This document shows positions 39,619-49,958 of a stretch of DNA of 64,000 bases, piece after piece. Every line of letters starts with the position of its first letter. Position 1 is the first letter of the stretch. The translations under genes were made by a program, and so were the position numbers. Origin of the DNA: a virus; IMG/VR virus record IMGVR_UViG_3300014911_000002, positions 1-64,000 of that record; one strand, written 5' to 3'. Below the pieces are notes generated by a model. It saw only the letters and a program-made list of their open reading frames with translations, did not search any database and was not told the origin of the DNA.

Positions 39619-40893
39619 CTACGAATTCAGAACTTCTTTTACGACTGCTTTCCACTTGTGCTGAAGCTTTCTTAACGCGACGTTTTTTACGGCCCATTCT
39701 CTTGCATTCCTCCCATGTTCTTCCATAATGTCTCTATTCTGATAATAGAACTCTAGTGCTTCAACTAGTTTATCAATATCAATGAGTGCTCTTTGAACTG
39801 CTGCAACATTGAATCGTTCCCAAAAGAGGGTAACATACGGTACGAGTATGCCTCGTGGACTTGGTTCTCCATCCATTATAAGTTCTTGAGATGTTGTATA
39901 GTCAGTAATCACCGTTGGCTTCCCGCAGGCTGCGGCTTCAATAGTTGTAAGCCCGAAGCCTTCACCTGCAGTCGGATTTACTGAAATATCCCACATATTA
40001 TAAATCTGTGGAATTTGCTTTCTTGGCATGCCAACCTGGAACGGCTGAATTATTTTATCTCCGATGCCGTAAAGATTTACAAGATAGCCTATCGGATAAC
40101 CAAATACATCATTCCAATCCATTTGAAGATGAAGAAGCACATCGTCTTTATCCTTCGCAAATTTAGCAAAGGCCTCGATTAATCTTGCAGGCTGCTTTCT
40201 CGGTTGGTTTCTATTTAAATCGCCAACTACAAATTTATCCTGAAGGGATTCAGGCTTTTCCGCAGGTTTGAATATTGCAGAATCTACACCGTGCCAAATG
40301 TAGTCGACATCCATATTGAAGTATTGCTTGAAGACATATTGCCCATATTTTGACATTGCAATAACTTTATCAGCTGTCATATATATTTGTTTCCAGAAAG
40401 GCATTGGTGGTTCGCCATCTTGTGGTGCGTATTGAATCCATTTCACATCTCTTGGGTATTTTTCTCTGAATTTTAAAAGCTCGCCTTCCAAATGCATCTG
40501 TATGGTTGCATCATCGAGGATTTTCTTCGCTGGAAGGTCTGCAACCTTTAGAGTGATTGAATTTGGGCATAAAACTGAAGGAACATGCTCTACCATCTGG
40601 ATATCATTTACGGTTATCAAAATGTCTGGTTTAAGGTTATCCAGTAAAACGGGTAAAGAGCGCCTGCCAAAATCGTAGAGCTCTCTTTCACGTGGATAAT
40701 TTCTATGCTGAATCACTTCTCTCGGGTCACCTTCAATGTCAAGAATGATTTTTCTGTCCATTACTTCCTGTAGTCCCAGGATATGTACGTCGTATTCATC
40801 CGCGAGAGACCATGCAACACCCTGAGCATTAACACCAAATCCAGTTGGACCTTGAAGGTTATCTGAAACTATAAGAACTTTTTCTCCAGCCAT
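39619..40893 (-). CDS. Glycosyltransferase family 4
   Basis: PTGFG, WHGVD, NRNQPRK, GEGFGLTTIEAAACGKP. Confidence 0.92.
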   Translation of the reverse strand: MAGEKVLIVSDNLQGPTGFGVNAQGVAWSLADEYDVHILGLQEVMDRKIILDIEGDPREVIQHRNYPRERELYDFGRRSLPVLLDNLKPDILITVNDIQMVEHVPSVLCPNSITLKVADLPAKKILDDATIQMHLEGELLKFREKYPRDVKWIQYAPQDGEPPMPFWKQIYMTADKVIAMSKYGQYVFKQYFNMDVDYIWHGVDSAIFKPAEKPESLQDKFVVGDLNRNQPRKQPARLIEAFAKFAKDKDDVLLHLQMDWNDVFGYPIGYLVNLYGIGDKIIQPFQVGMPRKQIPQIYNMWDISVNPTAGEGFGLTTIEAAACGKPTVITDYTTSQELIMDGEPSPRGILVPYVTLFWERFNVAAVQRALIDIDKLVEALEFYYQNRDIMEEHGRNAREWAVKNVALRKLQHKWKAVVKEVLNS

Positions 40894-40895
40894 AG

Positions 40896-41864
40896 TTACA
40901 CCATAGCCAATTCTTCAAAATATTCTAAATAATTCTTCACTTGATTTTCCCATGACAGCCAGGTCGGGTCTGGAACATCATCTAAATCTTCATGTCGTAG
41001 TGCATGTACGACATCATCGGTAAATTTATCGGGGTCTGGTCTACCCTTTAAGACACCCTCTTGTGAACCGATGAAATCATAGTGTGGAACATCTTTCACG
41101 ATGAGTTTTGTATATGAACCGTACATATCTGCGGCTATTCCAGATTGAGAGCCATAGGAATTCCCGCCAGCATTCCAAGCAAAGAGTAAATCACACGCTT
41201 GCATTTTTTCATTCAGTATCTTTTCTGGCACAAATTCAGTATCTATTCTAAAATTCTCCTCTTTACCGAGACGTTTGACAACCGAGCGGATTTCTGCTTC
41301 CCTTCCTAAATCTCCGGCTTTCCAATATGAGGTGATCAAATAAAGAAACTCATCATCATTTAATTTTGGAAGGAGTTTCTCAACTATCAATGGCAAACGT
41401 TTTCCCGTACCGGTGATGAATCCGGCCGTCCCAACTATTTTCTTATCTACTGGAAGACCATATTTTTCTCGAAGTTTCATCTTATCTTGTTTTGGAAAGA
41501 CCAAAGCTGGGTGTGGTATAACTCTATAATTCCAAGGTTCCTCACGTAGACCTTTTATCTGAGATTCTGAATGTAATACAACACCTTCCAAAATAGGGAA
41601 GAACTGTTGAAGACCGTTTATGTGATGTGCCGTTACAACAATTACTGGATTTACGTATTGGTTTATGAAACGATTTAACAACTGAGGTGGTACTATTCCC
41701 GGTTCGTATTGTACCGAAATCACATCGACATCTTCGCGCAGATTTTCTGCAAACATGAGAGTTTTAACATTTGGAAGTTTGCTCAGATAATGCGATAGCC
41801 GTTTAGCATAAGTATAAATCCCACATCTCTGGCCGATAGATGAACACTGAATTGCTATTTTCAT
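40896..41864 (-). CDS. Glycosyltransferase (GT-B/GT4-like)
   Basis: CGIYTY, VIPHP, GFITGTGK, QACD, SQSG. Confidence 0.75.
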   Translation of the reverse strand: MKIAIQCSSIGQRCGIYTYAKRLSHYLSKLPNVKTLMFAENLREDVDVISVQYEPGIVPPQLLNRFINQYVNPVIVVTAHHINGLQQFFPILEGVVLHSESQIKGLREEPWNYRVIPHPALVFPKQDKMKLREKYGLPVDKKIVGTAGFITGTGKRLPLIVEKLLPKLNDDEFLYLITSYWKAGDLGREAEIRSVVKRLGKEENFRIDTEFVPEKILNEKMQACDLLFAWNAGGNSYGSQSGIAADMYGSYTKLIVKDVPHYDFIGSQEGVLKGRPDPDKFTDDVVHALRHEDLDDVPDPTWLSWENQVKNYLEYFEELAMV

Positions 41865-42184
41865 ATCGCATCCTCAATTTTTACTACATCCCATCTTCTT
41901 CGTAATTTTTCCACGGTTTGTTTAAATTGTTCGTATATATCATTCGTTAATTCGCGCTTGAATATATCGATTATTTCCTTTCTTTCTGACTTCTTAAGTT
42001 TATCACGCGGAATTATCGTGAAATGTTTTCGATAATTCCATTTCTTTCTGCTCTTGTCTTTGAGGAAAGGTATGTGGCGTTTCCGCTTTAAATAAAATCT
42101 AACAGATGCCCAACCTGTTACAAATATCGCATCATCATATTCATGAACGCGAATTTCGATATGAGGCTTAAAGCCTTTCTTCAT
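41861..42184 (-). CDS. Basic hypothetical protein
   Basis: ORF with RBS. Confidence 0.5.
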   Translation of the reverse strand: MKKGFKPHIEIRVHEYDDAIFVTGWASVRFYLKRKRHIPFLKDKSRKKWNYRKHFTIIPRDKLKKSERKEIIDIFKRELTNDIYEQFKQTVEKLRRRWDVVKIEDAI

Positions 42185-42356
42185 CACAAATCCTCCTATA
42201 GCATCGAAAGCATATAGGTACGCCAATATGTTTCACATAATTTCGCTCGCTTCTTGATTTTATTGAATTCATTAGCCGTTGAATCGGAAAGTATCTTGAA
42301 GTTGTCCACACGTAAAAGATGGTTTCAGTACCGCAGAGAAAGCATTGTTTGCCCAT
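42168..42356 (-). CDS. Zn-finger microprotein
   Basis: CFLC...CFRC. Confidence 0.55.
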   Translation of the reverse strand: MGKQCFLCGTETIFYVWTTSRYFPIQRLMNSIKSRSERNYVKHIGVPICFRCYRRICDEERL

Positions 42357-42877
42357 TACTTCTTCTCCTTTTGTTTTGCTTCGTTCTCCCGAAATACAAT
42401 AAATACATATGGAACCCCCATTCTTTCGAATTCTTTTATGGCGGACAAAATTCTATGTTCGTATGTTTTTTCGTGCGGCATCTTCCAGCGGATCTTATTA
42501 TGTTCTTTCCATCTCATTGTAACTAGTTTATTCGGGAGAACGTATATCTTCGGCATATATTCTTCGCAAATGATTTTTGCAAAGGCTTCTCGTTCTCTTT
42601 CGTGAACTAAGCAAATATAAGGTACCTCCGGTAAGATCTCTTGAAGCTTTACAGACCTATCTGGGAAGCACACTTTTCCATTTGGAAGATGCGTCATTAG
42701 CTTCTTTGACCCATCAGGTTGGTCAACCCAACCAAATACTAAGATTCTGAGGTCTGTAAATCGTTCATCTTGCATTTCTTCTATCTGTTTCATAAATTCC
42801 TCATCATCTTTCCCAAAATCACCCCGTCTTTCAATTGCCTCATCAATCGTTATTTTCTTCCCAACTTCAGTCTTCAT
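42356..42877 (-). CDS. Hypothetical protein
   Basis: GGTGA RBS; 173 aa. Confidence 0.6.
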   Translation of the reverse strand: MKTEVGKKITIDEAIERRGDFGKDDEEFMKQIEEMQDERFTDLRILVFGWVDQPDGSKKLMTHLPNGKVCFPDRSVKLQEILPEVPYICLVHEREREAFAKIICEEYMPKIYVLPNKLVTMRWKEHNKIRWKMPHEKTYEHRILSAIKEFERMGVPYVFIVFRENEAKQKEKK

Positions 42878-43221
42878 ACTTTCTCACCACCTTTATGCAT
42901 ACGACACATCATCTTCTTTTGCTTTCAATTTATTTGCGTAATCTTCAATTATCTCCCAACCAAATTTTACAACAAGATAATGAGTTGCTATCATTATGAG
43001 ATGTATCCATGTTAAAGTTCCTATTAGCGCGACTCCTCCCAAAAATATAAGAAAACCTATTAAATCCATGATATCAGCTCACCAAATCTTCTATCAAATA
43101 CATGCTTGCAATATCAAGATATGCGTCGCATGTGATTTCATCATCTGGGTTCGGAATGTTTTTGTTGTAATTAATTCCAAGAGGTTCGGTACAAGTCGTT
43201 CCATTATAGAATGCACAATTT

Positions 43222-44226
43222 CTACATTTCACCATGTCTCAAACACCTTATACTCTTTATTTCGTCAAAATCAACATAATACGGACATTCCTTACCTAGA
43301 CAGTAGCCTAATGCCTGTAAAGAGGCACAAGACAAAGGTTTGTAACTCCCCCTCTTACAGATATGGGTTATCTGCATTGCAGTTATTCTATCGTTCCAAT
43401 CAACCCATTTATGGGCATAACGCCGTTTTAATGTCATAAATATTTCCTGTGGTGAAACTCCATTAGCATAAAGCCATGCAACATATGAGTATCTTATGAT
43501 ATGATGTGGTTCTGGCTCATGCTCTAAATGATACTCGACACATGGATAATCGTGATGCTCGATTGGGCGTTCCCTTTCCTTCCCATTAATATCAAGTTCT
43601 ATTGGAGCTGTATAGAATGGTGCAATTTCATCCAAATCTAGGAGTTTTCCTTTTCTATACCTAATCAATGTTGATAAACCTCCATTATAGACCAATTGAT
43701 ATTGCCCATTTTTAGATTTATATTTACCAAGATGATAGGTGCCTGGAATTCTTATAAGCCGTCTTGGGTCCCGAATTCGTTCATCGATCGTTTTTAAATT
43801 TAATAATAATTTCAGCCATGATACAAATGCTGAGACCTGAGAAGACTGATAAGGTTTCGGTTTTAAGCCGACAAGAATGTGAAAGCCTCGCCCTCCAGTA
43901 TAAGAAAGAATCATATCAGCGTCTATGGCAGCAAGGAAATTGAAGGCCACCACTGCATCATTCAAAGATTCAGATATTTCACCATCAAAATCTATTGGGA
44001 TAAATAATCTATATGGAATTCCATCGAAGTATGTAGAAATTGATAACCCGCAATTTGCAACGCCATTGAATTTCTCAATAAGATCTATGACTTCTGATTT
44101 TGACCAGACTCGTTTTTGTCCAGCAATTCCGTATCCCCAGTATCCGAAGTATCTGTAACCTCCGAGAAATTCTCCGATGAATCGCTCAAGGCCATCTTTG
44201 GTTTGAACCTTCGTTTCAATTCCCAA
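43222..44226 (-). CDS. Archaeo-eukaryotic primase: PriS catalytic domain fused to a PriL-type Fe-S C-terminal domain
   Basis: IDFD, YTGGRGFH, RLIRIPGT; C-terminal YPC...HHIIR...SCASLQALGYCLGKECP. Confidence 0.85.
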   Translation of the reverse strand: MGIETKVQTKDGLERFIGEFLGGYRYFGYWGYGIAGQKRVWSKSEVIDLIEKFNGVANCGLSISTYFDGIPYRLFIPIDFDGEISESLNDAVVAFNFLAAIDADMILSYTGGRGFHILVGLKPKPYQSSQVSAFVSWLKLLLNLKTIDERIRDPRRLIRIPGTYHLGKYKSKNGQYQLVYNGGLSTLIRYRKGKLLDLDEIAPFYTAPIELDINGKERERPIEHHDYPCVEYHLEHEPEPHHIIRYSYVAWLYANGVSPQEIFMTLKRRYAHKWVDWNDRITAMQITHICKRGSYKPLSCASLQALGYCLGKECPYYVDFDEIKSIRCLRHGEM

Positions 44227-44546
44227 ATTTCAACCTCCATACCTTTGCGTACATAATCGACGGCTTTCTTTACAGCCTCTAATTCGGATTTGACATAAAC
44301 CGACGATTGGACTTTTAATTCTGGGTTGAACACCTCGCATAGGAAGCATTCATTGTTGAAGCTTTCTTCGGTGAAGCCATTATTTGGCTTTTTAATGGCA
44401 AAAATGCATTTGCACTCGGGGACATAATATATGGTTGCGTCTTTGGGAACTCGTTTCAAAAGAGATAATAAATCCTGATCATCATCGACTAGCTCTTTAT
44501 TGTATATCGCCACAAACTTCCATTTTAATTTATTCCGTTCTTTCAT
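44085..44546 (-). CDS. Hypothetical protein
   Basis: ATGA-coupled to the upstream gene; its tail overlaps the primase start. Confidence 0.5.
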   Translation of the reverse strand: MKERNKLKWKFVAIYNKELVDDDQDLLSLLKRVPKDATIYYVPECKCIFAIKKPNNGFTEESFNNECFLCEVFNPELKVQSSVYVKSELEAVKKAVDYVRKGMEVEIWELKRRFKPKMALSDSSENFSEVTDTSDTGDTELLDKNESGQNQKS

Positions 44547-45514
44547 TTTCCCACGTGCATATCGAATTTATGGGAGTATAATTTTATCTTTGGAGCTCCC
44601 ATCTTTTCGGGTTTATATCGCCCTCTTTCTGCATATCCACCATATTCTAGGAAGAACCCAGTACCAACAAGAAGCTGTTTGATATTTTCTACTTCACCAG
44701 TTACGAAATTTGGACGCCTTTTTATTTGATCTTCGCCTATTATCGAATGGATATGCCCGCATAATATTATATCAACATCATGAATCGCACCTAAATCCTC
44801 CAAAAGCTTTATCTTTGATGATTTTTTAACAGCAGCGCTATGTGGATGAATTGCATATATCGTATAGAACTGCTTACCAACTTTTACTCCAATGTATCCC
44901 GCTTCACCCATATATGGGACATTCAGAGATAGGGCTAGAGTTTTTATTATATCAAAACCTTTATCTCTGTAAACCCAAAGCTCATGATTTCCGCTCAGTA
45001 TTGCTATGATTTTTCCCGCATCAGCAAGTGGTCTCATCTTTTTATAAATCCATTCATATTGTTCTTGAGGCGTAATCTTAAGTGTAAACGTTGAACGTTC
45101 ATTTGCGGATTCAATTAAATCTCCCATCAAAATAGTGTATACGCCATCATTTTCGAGAATGTATTTTATATAACCATCTAAGAGCTCTTCACTTCTTTCT
45201 GTGAACTCTGGGTTGCCATAATGAATATCGCCAAGTGGAACTAATACAACTCTCCCTTTCGCATCTGGTTTCAAATCAACAACCACAAGATTTTTAGTTT
45301 CACGTTTAGGAACTGCAATGAGTTTTAAATATTTTCCGTTTTTGTCTATATCACCTGTTTCGTTAACTCGTCTGATTATATAGCCGAGCTTATTCAATTC
45401 GGAAATTCGTCCTCGTAAACCATCATAGGACATTTCTTTTGTGAACTCAGATATGGAATGGCTGTTGCCATCCATCAGGATATCTATAATCTTCTTGTGT
45501 GTCGGTTTTAACAT
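44543..45514 (-). CDS. HTH plus calcineurin-like metallophosphoesterase
   Basis: N-terminal wHTH (LRGRISELNKLGY); GDIHYG, GDLIE, GNHE, GHIH. Confidence 0.85.
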   Translation of the reverse strand: MLKPTHKKIIDILMDGNSHSISEFTKEMSYDGLRGRISELNKLGYIIRRVNETGDIDKNGKYLKLIAVPKRETKNLVVVDLKPDAKGRVVLVPLGDIHYGNPEFTERSEELLDGYIKYILENDGVYTILMGDLIESANERSTFTLKITPQEQYEWIYKKMRPLADAGKIIAILSGNHELWVYRDKGFDIIKTLALSLNVPYMGEAGYIGVKVGKQFYTIYAIHPHSAAVKKSSKIKLLEDLGAIHDVDIILCGHIHSIIGEDQIKRRPNFVTGEVENIKQLLVGTGFFLEYGGYAERGRYKPEKMGAPKIKLYSHKFDMHVGK

Positions 45515-45518
45515 TTTA

Positions 45519-45776
45519 TCAACTCATCCATTTCTTTGCCCATATCCAGCCTTTTCCATCACAAAATTCACATATTATTTTCTTCTTTTCATCTGTTTTC
45601 ATCCAACCCATTCCAAAGCATTCTGGACAGATGATTTTGACCATCGAATCATCGAGCTCATTCAATTTATCTATGGTGTTTTTAATTTCATGTTCGAGCT
45701 TCTTCAAATCGGATAACATTTCATTATGCTTCTCTTTTAGCGAATTTAATTTTGCTTCCAACTCTTCTTTATTCAT
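45519..45776 (-). CDS. Coiled coil plus DnaJ-type Zn finger protein
   Basis: CPECFGMG...CEFCDGKG. Confidence 0.7.
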   Translation of the reverse strand: MNKEELEAKLNSLKEKHNEMLSDLKKLEHEIKNTIDKLNELDDSMVKIICPECFGMGWMKTDEKKKIICEFCDGKGWIWAKKWMS

Positions 45777-46398
45777 TAAATATCCTCCAAATATTTTTCG
45801 CTAGCTTTTTACCAAAACCCTTAACTCGCATGATATCTTCAACACTAGCATTTGCAATAGATTTTAGCGTCCCAAACTCATCTAAAAGCATCTTTGCTCG
45901 TTTTATAGACATCCCTTCTATACAGGCAAGCATATTTTCTTTTCGTTCTTCTAATGTTACGGCCTTCCTCTGTACGAGCGTTGGTTTTGAAGAGGTTGCT
46001 TCAGCCGTTGATTTATTGTGAAGAAGGACAAGTACCTCAACAAATTCGTCTACACCTGATACAGTTATGACTGGAATACCAAATTTATATGCTATTGTGG
46101 CAAGAGCACCAAAATATGATTTGTGAGCATATTTAGAATCACTAAAATAAAGAGTCTTCCATTTGTTTGGTTCTTCTATTATTAAGATGGGGTGCTCATA
46201 CTGACTTAAATTAGATAGCTGATACCATATTCTTCCGTTTTGTATTGACTGAACGAAATCGCTTGACTTCCGTTCGACTGCAATTCCATCGGGAAGAAGA
46301 TAGTCGCCAACAGGCAATTGCCTACGCTGAACTTCTATTCCTCTAAGCATTAATAAATCTATTATTTCTTGTGGCTCTCTGGTGTCTGCAATTATCAT
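45769..46398 (-). CDS. ERCC4/XPF nuclease with HhH motifs
   Basis: IADTRE, VGDY, VERKSSDF, VKGFGKKLA. Confidence 0.93.
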   Translation of the reverse strand: MIIADTREPQEIIDLLMLRGIEVQRRQLPVGDYLLPDGIAVERKSSDFVQSIQNGRIWYQLSNLSQYEHPILIIEEPNKWKTLYFSDSKYAHKSYFGALATIAYKFGIPVITVSGVDEFVEVLVLLHNKSTAEATSSKPTLVQRKAVTLEERKENMLACIEGMSIKRAKMLLDEFGTLKSIANASVEDIMRVKGFGKKLAKNIWRIFNE

Positions 46399-46506
46399 AA
46401 GGCTTGAAATATAAATGCGAAAAATAAAAGCATACAAAGAAATACCGAACTTATTACATACGACGAAACTATGCAGAGACCGATAATTCCGAGAAGGAAT
46501 AAAATT

Positions 46507-47562
46507 TTATTCATCGACAAACCCCAAATCCAAAGCCAATCTAACTGGATATTTTGCCCAATCTGTTTTCACATCTGGTCTTCGTACAAGCTGAACTCGC
46601 CTTGCTTCATCACCGAATTTTTCTTTGGCTTTTTTATCTGGCGGAAGAATTTGCAAAATATATTTCGAATGATAGATTATGGCATCTCCACCGTATGGTC
46701 TCCCCAAGTCCCGCATGTTTGTTGGGTCTATCGACACATGATGAGTTATTACTGTGCATAGATTATATACCTTTGAGAGCTTTAGAAGTCTCCCATAAAT
46801 TCTGTTGACTATTGAAGACCTTGCTGGTAGATTGAAGGTTTCATGTCCTATGCTTTCTTTCAAAGGAGTGGTCAAAGAATCTATTGCGAGGAAAGTTGCA
46901 TTTTCCAATTGTTTCCTAATGGGCATATCCTTCATTGGAAAGAATCTTACGGAATATTTCCCAGCCTTTTCAGAAAGTTCAAGTTGAACGTTATATCCGA
47001 AGAGTTTACACAATGCTTCAAGGGATTCCATAACTGGGTCATCCATCGTAGATATAAATATAAAGTGCTTTTTTATATCTTCATCCGAAACCTCATAGCG
47101 TTTTGCCAATTTATATGCTATTGACATAATATCTTTTCGCCTATTGCCTTCGGTATCGATGTATATAGAGTCCATGCCAGTCTTTTTGATATTTGCAACT
47201 GCAAGCATAACTGATAACCAAGTCTTACCAACCGATGGTAGCCCAGTGATTGCCGTTGGTATGCCGTAAGGGAAGCCACCACCCATAAGCTCATCTATGG
47301 TAAGGCAACCTGTACGCAAATTTTCTAACTTATCACGCATATTTTTCAACCTCTCAAAATCAATATTGTTGAGAGCAAACATAATGTGCTTACATGCAGA
47401 CTTTTTAAATGTAAAGTATGGACATGAACACCAAGCATCTGCATATTCTCCATCAATGGAAACAACATACTCACGTCCAGAATCTGATTTTATAAGCAGG
47501 ACTGCTATACCATTCAGACCATAAACTTTTTCCAGAATTTTCATAATATCGAATATTATCAC
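46507..47562 (-). CDS. SWIM Zn finger fused to a RadA/RadB-like ATPase
   Basis: CSCPYF...CKH; TGCLTIDELMGGG, GLPSVGKT, YIDTEG, IDS, PYGGDAIIYHSKY. Confidence 0.85.
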   Translation of the reverse strand: MIIFDIMKILEKVYGLNGIAVLLIKSDSGREYVVSIDGEYADAWCSCPYFTFKKSACKHIMFALNNIDFERLKNMRDKLENLRTGCLTIDELMGGGFPYGIPTAITGLPSVGKTWLSVMLAVANIKKTGMDSIYIDTEGNRRKDIMSIAYKLAKRYEVSDEDIKKHFIFISTMDDPVMESLEALCKLFGYNVQLELSEKAGKYSVRFFPMKDMPIRKQLENATFLAIDSLTTPLKESIGHETFNLPARSSIVNRIYGRLLKLSKVYNLCTVITHHVSIDPTNMRDLGRPYGGDAIIYHSKYILQILPPDKKAKEKFGDEARRVQLVRRPDVKTDWAKYPVRLALDLGFVDE

Positions 47563-47583
47563 CTATTGGTATCTATTTCGAGA

Positions 47584-47814
47584 TTACCTAAGATATCGAT
47601 ATCTATATCTATGAAGGACATTTAGTGTCTTGTCTTCTTCTGCATCGCCTAGAACTTCGATTACTGAGATGTTATCTGTTAGATACCAACTTCCATTAAT
47701 CTTTACATATTTCTTACTTGGCGAAATTTCTTCGATTACACCTTCTTGTATCGTAGAATATGGAAACTCTCTATAGAGAAATCGTTTACCAACCAACTCA
47801 TCAGTTATCTCCAT
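47584..47814 (-). CDS. Hypothetical protein
   Basis: GGAGGT RBS; IEEISPSKKYVKING. Confidence 0.6.
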   Translation of the reverse strand: MEITDELVGKRFLYREFPYSTIQEGVIEEISPSKKYVKINGSWYLTDNISVIEVLGDAEEDKTLNVLHRYRYRYLR

Positions 47815-47995
47815 TTACCTCCCCTTCCAAATCACCTTTCCGCCTAAACTTTCAATAACGCTTATACAATCATGCAGCAGTGAAGATGCTATCTTCTTTG
47901 ATGCTTGCTTATCTTTTACACCCATCTTCTTCCTTAACATTTCGCTTGCTTTCTCCAATACTTTATCAGGTATCTCATTCATATTCTCACCGATT

Positions 47996-48895
47996 TCAGA
48001 GTATTGAAGAGATGGTGTTCAGAAAATCTTTTCCTAATTTTGTAGTTTTACCGCCCATATATCCAGCATGACCATCTATTTCCATGAACGGGAAGATATT
48101 CAGTAGTTCTTTATAATAGTCAGCAAGGTCGCCTCTTATTGAGAGTTTTCCGTTCTTTTGGTTTACTGCAAGTATTGTTTTACCAGATGCGGAATTAAGA
48201 ACACTAGCAATGTATCCAGTTAATCTAGCATCTGAAGTAAATAGAACAACAGTTATGTTTTCGAATTCGAGAACATCTGCATTTTTTAAAGCATTCTCAA
48301 ATTCAAAATGCAAATCTTCTTTCGCTTTTACAGCTTCATTCGACATATAAATATCAAATGGCGTTTTCGATTCTGTTATTAGTTTTAGAGCCTCATCATA
48401 TTTATGAAGTCTCAGCAGAGCATTGATATATGATGAAAGAACTTTATACATCGGGATAGTATTTACCGACCATTTACCATAAGACTGATATATCTTTGTA
48501 TTGACACGTTTTAAAAGAGAAGGAAAGTCTCTGAATATCTCTGGTGGTATTAATTCTGGCTGTCCATCACCAACTAACCCAATGACAAGCTTCCAGCGTT
48601 CATTTTTCGGTATTTCGTCCAAAAACTGTCTATAAGCTATAAGAGATGCTGGCACATTATCCCAAATTAGCATATATTTTCTATTTGTTGGATGGTTTGG
48701 ATGATGGTCTATCACCAATCCCTCAATAGACGGATTTAATGGTTTCATATCTGTCATTATGTCATCTTTTTGCCACTCTGGTGCATCGCCAAATTCTTCT
48801 GTTATCTTGATTCTTACGGCATCCTTTACATGAAAGGATGTGAAGTATGCTGAAGTTACTCCATCTGCATCGTGATGACACCAAATTGTCTTCAT
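47996..48895 (-). CDS. DHH phosphoesterase (RecJ/GAN-like nuclease)
   Basis: HHDADG, TDM, IDHH, SIRG, DGHAGYMG. Confidence 0.85.
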   Translation of the reverse strand: MKTIWCHHDADGVTSAYFTSFHVKDAVRIKITEEFGDAPEWQKDDIMTDMKPLNPSIEGLVIDHHPNHPTNRKYMLIWDNVPASLIAYRQFLDEIPKNERWKLVIGLVGDGQPELIPPEIFRDFPSLLKRVNTKIYQSYGKWSVNTIPMYKVLSSYINALLRLHKYDEALKLITESKTPFDIYMSNEAVKAKEDLHFEFENALKNADVLEFENITVVLFTSDARLTGYIASVLNSASGKTILAVNQKNGKLSIRGDLADYYKELLNIFPFMEIDGHAGYMGGKTTKLGKDFLNTISSIL

Positions 48896-49488
48896 AGTAT
48901 AAATACCTTACCGCCTTCTATTTTAATTATTCCTTTCTTTTCCAACTCTGGAAGTATGGCGTCAACCAAATCAGCTCTTATCGATGCCCTTATAGATATG
49001 ACTTTCTTCAGGTCATTCGGATTTATTCCATCATTAACCAGTTCTGGCGTAAGTTCTTTGAATTTCTTTAGAGCATCTATCACTTTATCCAAATCTATTT
49101 GAGGAGCAGATTCTCCGCTTGCTCCACCTAGATATTTTATATTGTATCGGAAGTTATCAAGGAATTCTATTTCCCATTTAGTGCCAGATATAGAATTTGG
49201 AGTTAAATTGTGTTGTTTTAGTGTTTTGAGGAATTCTCTCAAGAATGGATTTCTTCTTGAACCGAAAGAATATACCTTCGGTTCGCCATCAACTTTTGCT
49301 TTGGCTTCATATTTATCCCAGTCATTATTCCAGACATTCCCTAGAAAATCTACATCGCCTTTCTCAACCTTATAGATATTTGTTTCAAATTCTACTGTCT
49401 TTTTTCCGTCTGCTGGTGTTTGAATAAAATATTTTGTCTGGCTCTTTAATATTTCATTCACATCTTCTGGAGTTATTTCTCTACCCAT
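48892..49488 (-). CDS. Putative ssDNA-binding protein (beta domain plus C-terminal wHTH)
   Basis: Position in the replication module; C-terminal LPELEKKGIIKIEGGKV wHTH-like end. Confidence 0.45.
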   Translation of the reverse strand: MGREITPEDVNEILKSQTKYFIQTPADGKKTVEFETNIYKVEKGDVDFLGNVWNNDWDKYEAKAKVDGEPKVYSFGSRRNPFLREFLKTLKQHNLTPNSISGTKWEIEFLDNFRYNIKYLGGASGESAPQIDLDKVIDALKKFKELTPELVNDGINPNDLKKVISIRASIRADLVDAILPELEKKGIIKIEGGKVFIL

Positions 49489-49958
49489 ATCTTATCACCC
49501 CTCTTTTTAGGCATATCCTTCCAATGATATTCCTCACAGAAGGACTTTATATCTTTAAATAGAGTTTCCACACGCTTTTTATCACAATAGAAAGCGTCAA
49601 TCACACCACTAAAATCTACTTTTCTATTATCATGGTCTAATACCTCCATAACCACAGCAACGGCTAGTTCTTCGTTAGAATAATGTGAATGCTTATCTTT
49701 CCACTCACCTATATCGTAAAGTTTGTCAATAATTGCTAGAGCCTCACGCCTATAATATATGTGTTTTGAGTATCCCAGCTTTGACAAAACATCCTTTGCA
49801 AGCAACTTTACATCTGTAGAGTGAGACCATTCATCTATATCCTCATCACGCTTAACAGACAATCGTTTCTTAAGTTCACGCCTTAATTCTTTAAGAAACA
49901 ACTTATACCGTCTTATGAGGAATCTTATCTCTTCTTCAGTTAAATCTTCGAATGTCAT
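49473..49958 (-). CDS. Protein with a TFIIB/cyclin-like helical repeat
   Basis: LSKLGY...ALAIIDKL...SNEELAVAVV...VIDAF...RVETLFKDI resembles a TFB repeat. Confidence 0.45.
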   Translation of the reverse strand: MTFEDLTEEEIRFLIRRYKLFLKELRRELKKRLSVKRDEDIDEWSHSTDVKLLAKDVLSKLGYSKHIYYRREALAIIDKLYDIGEWKDKHSHYSNEELAVAVVMEVLDHDNRKVDFSGVIDAFYCDKKRVETLFKDIKSFCEEYHWKDMPKKRGDKIWVEK

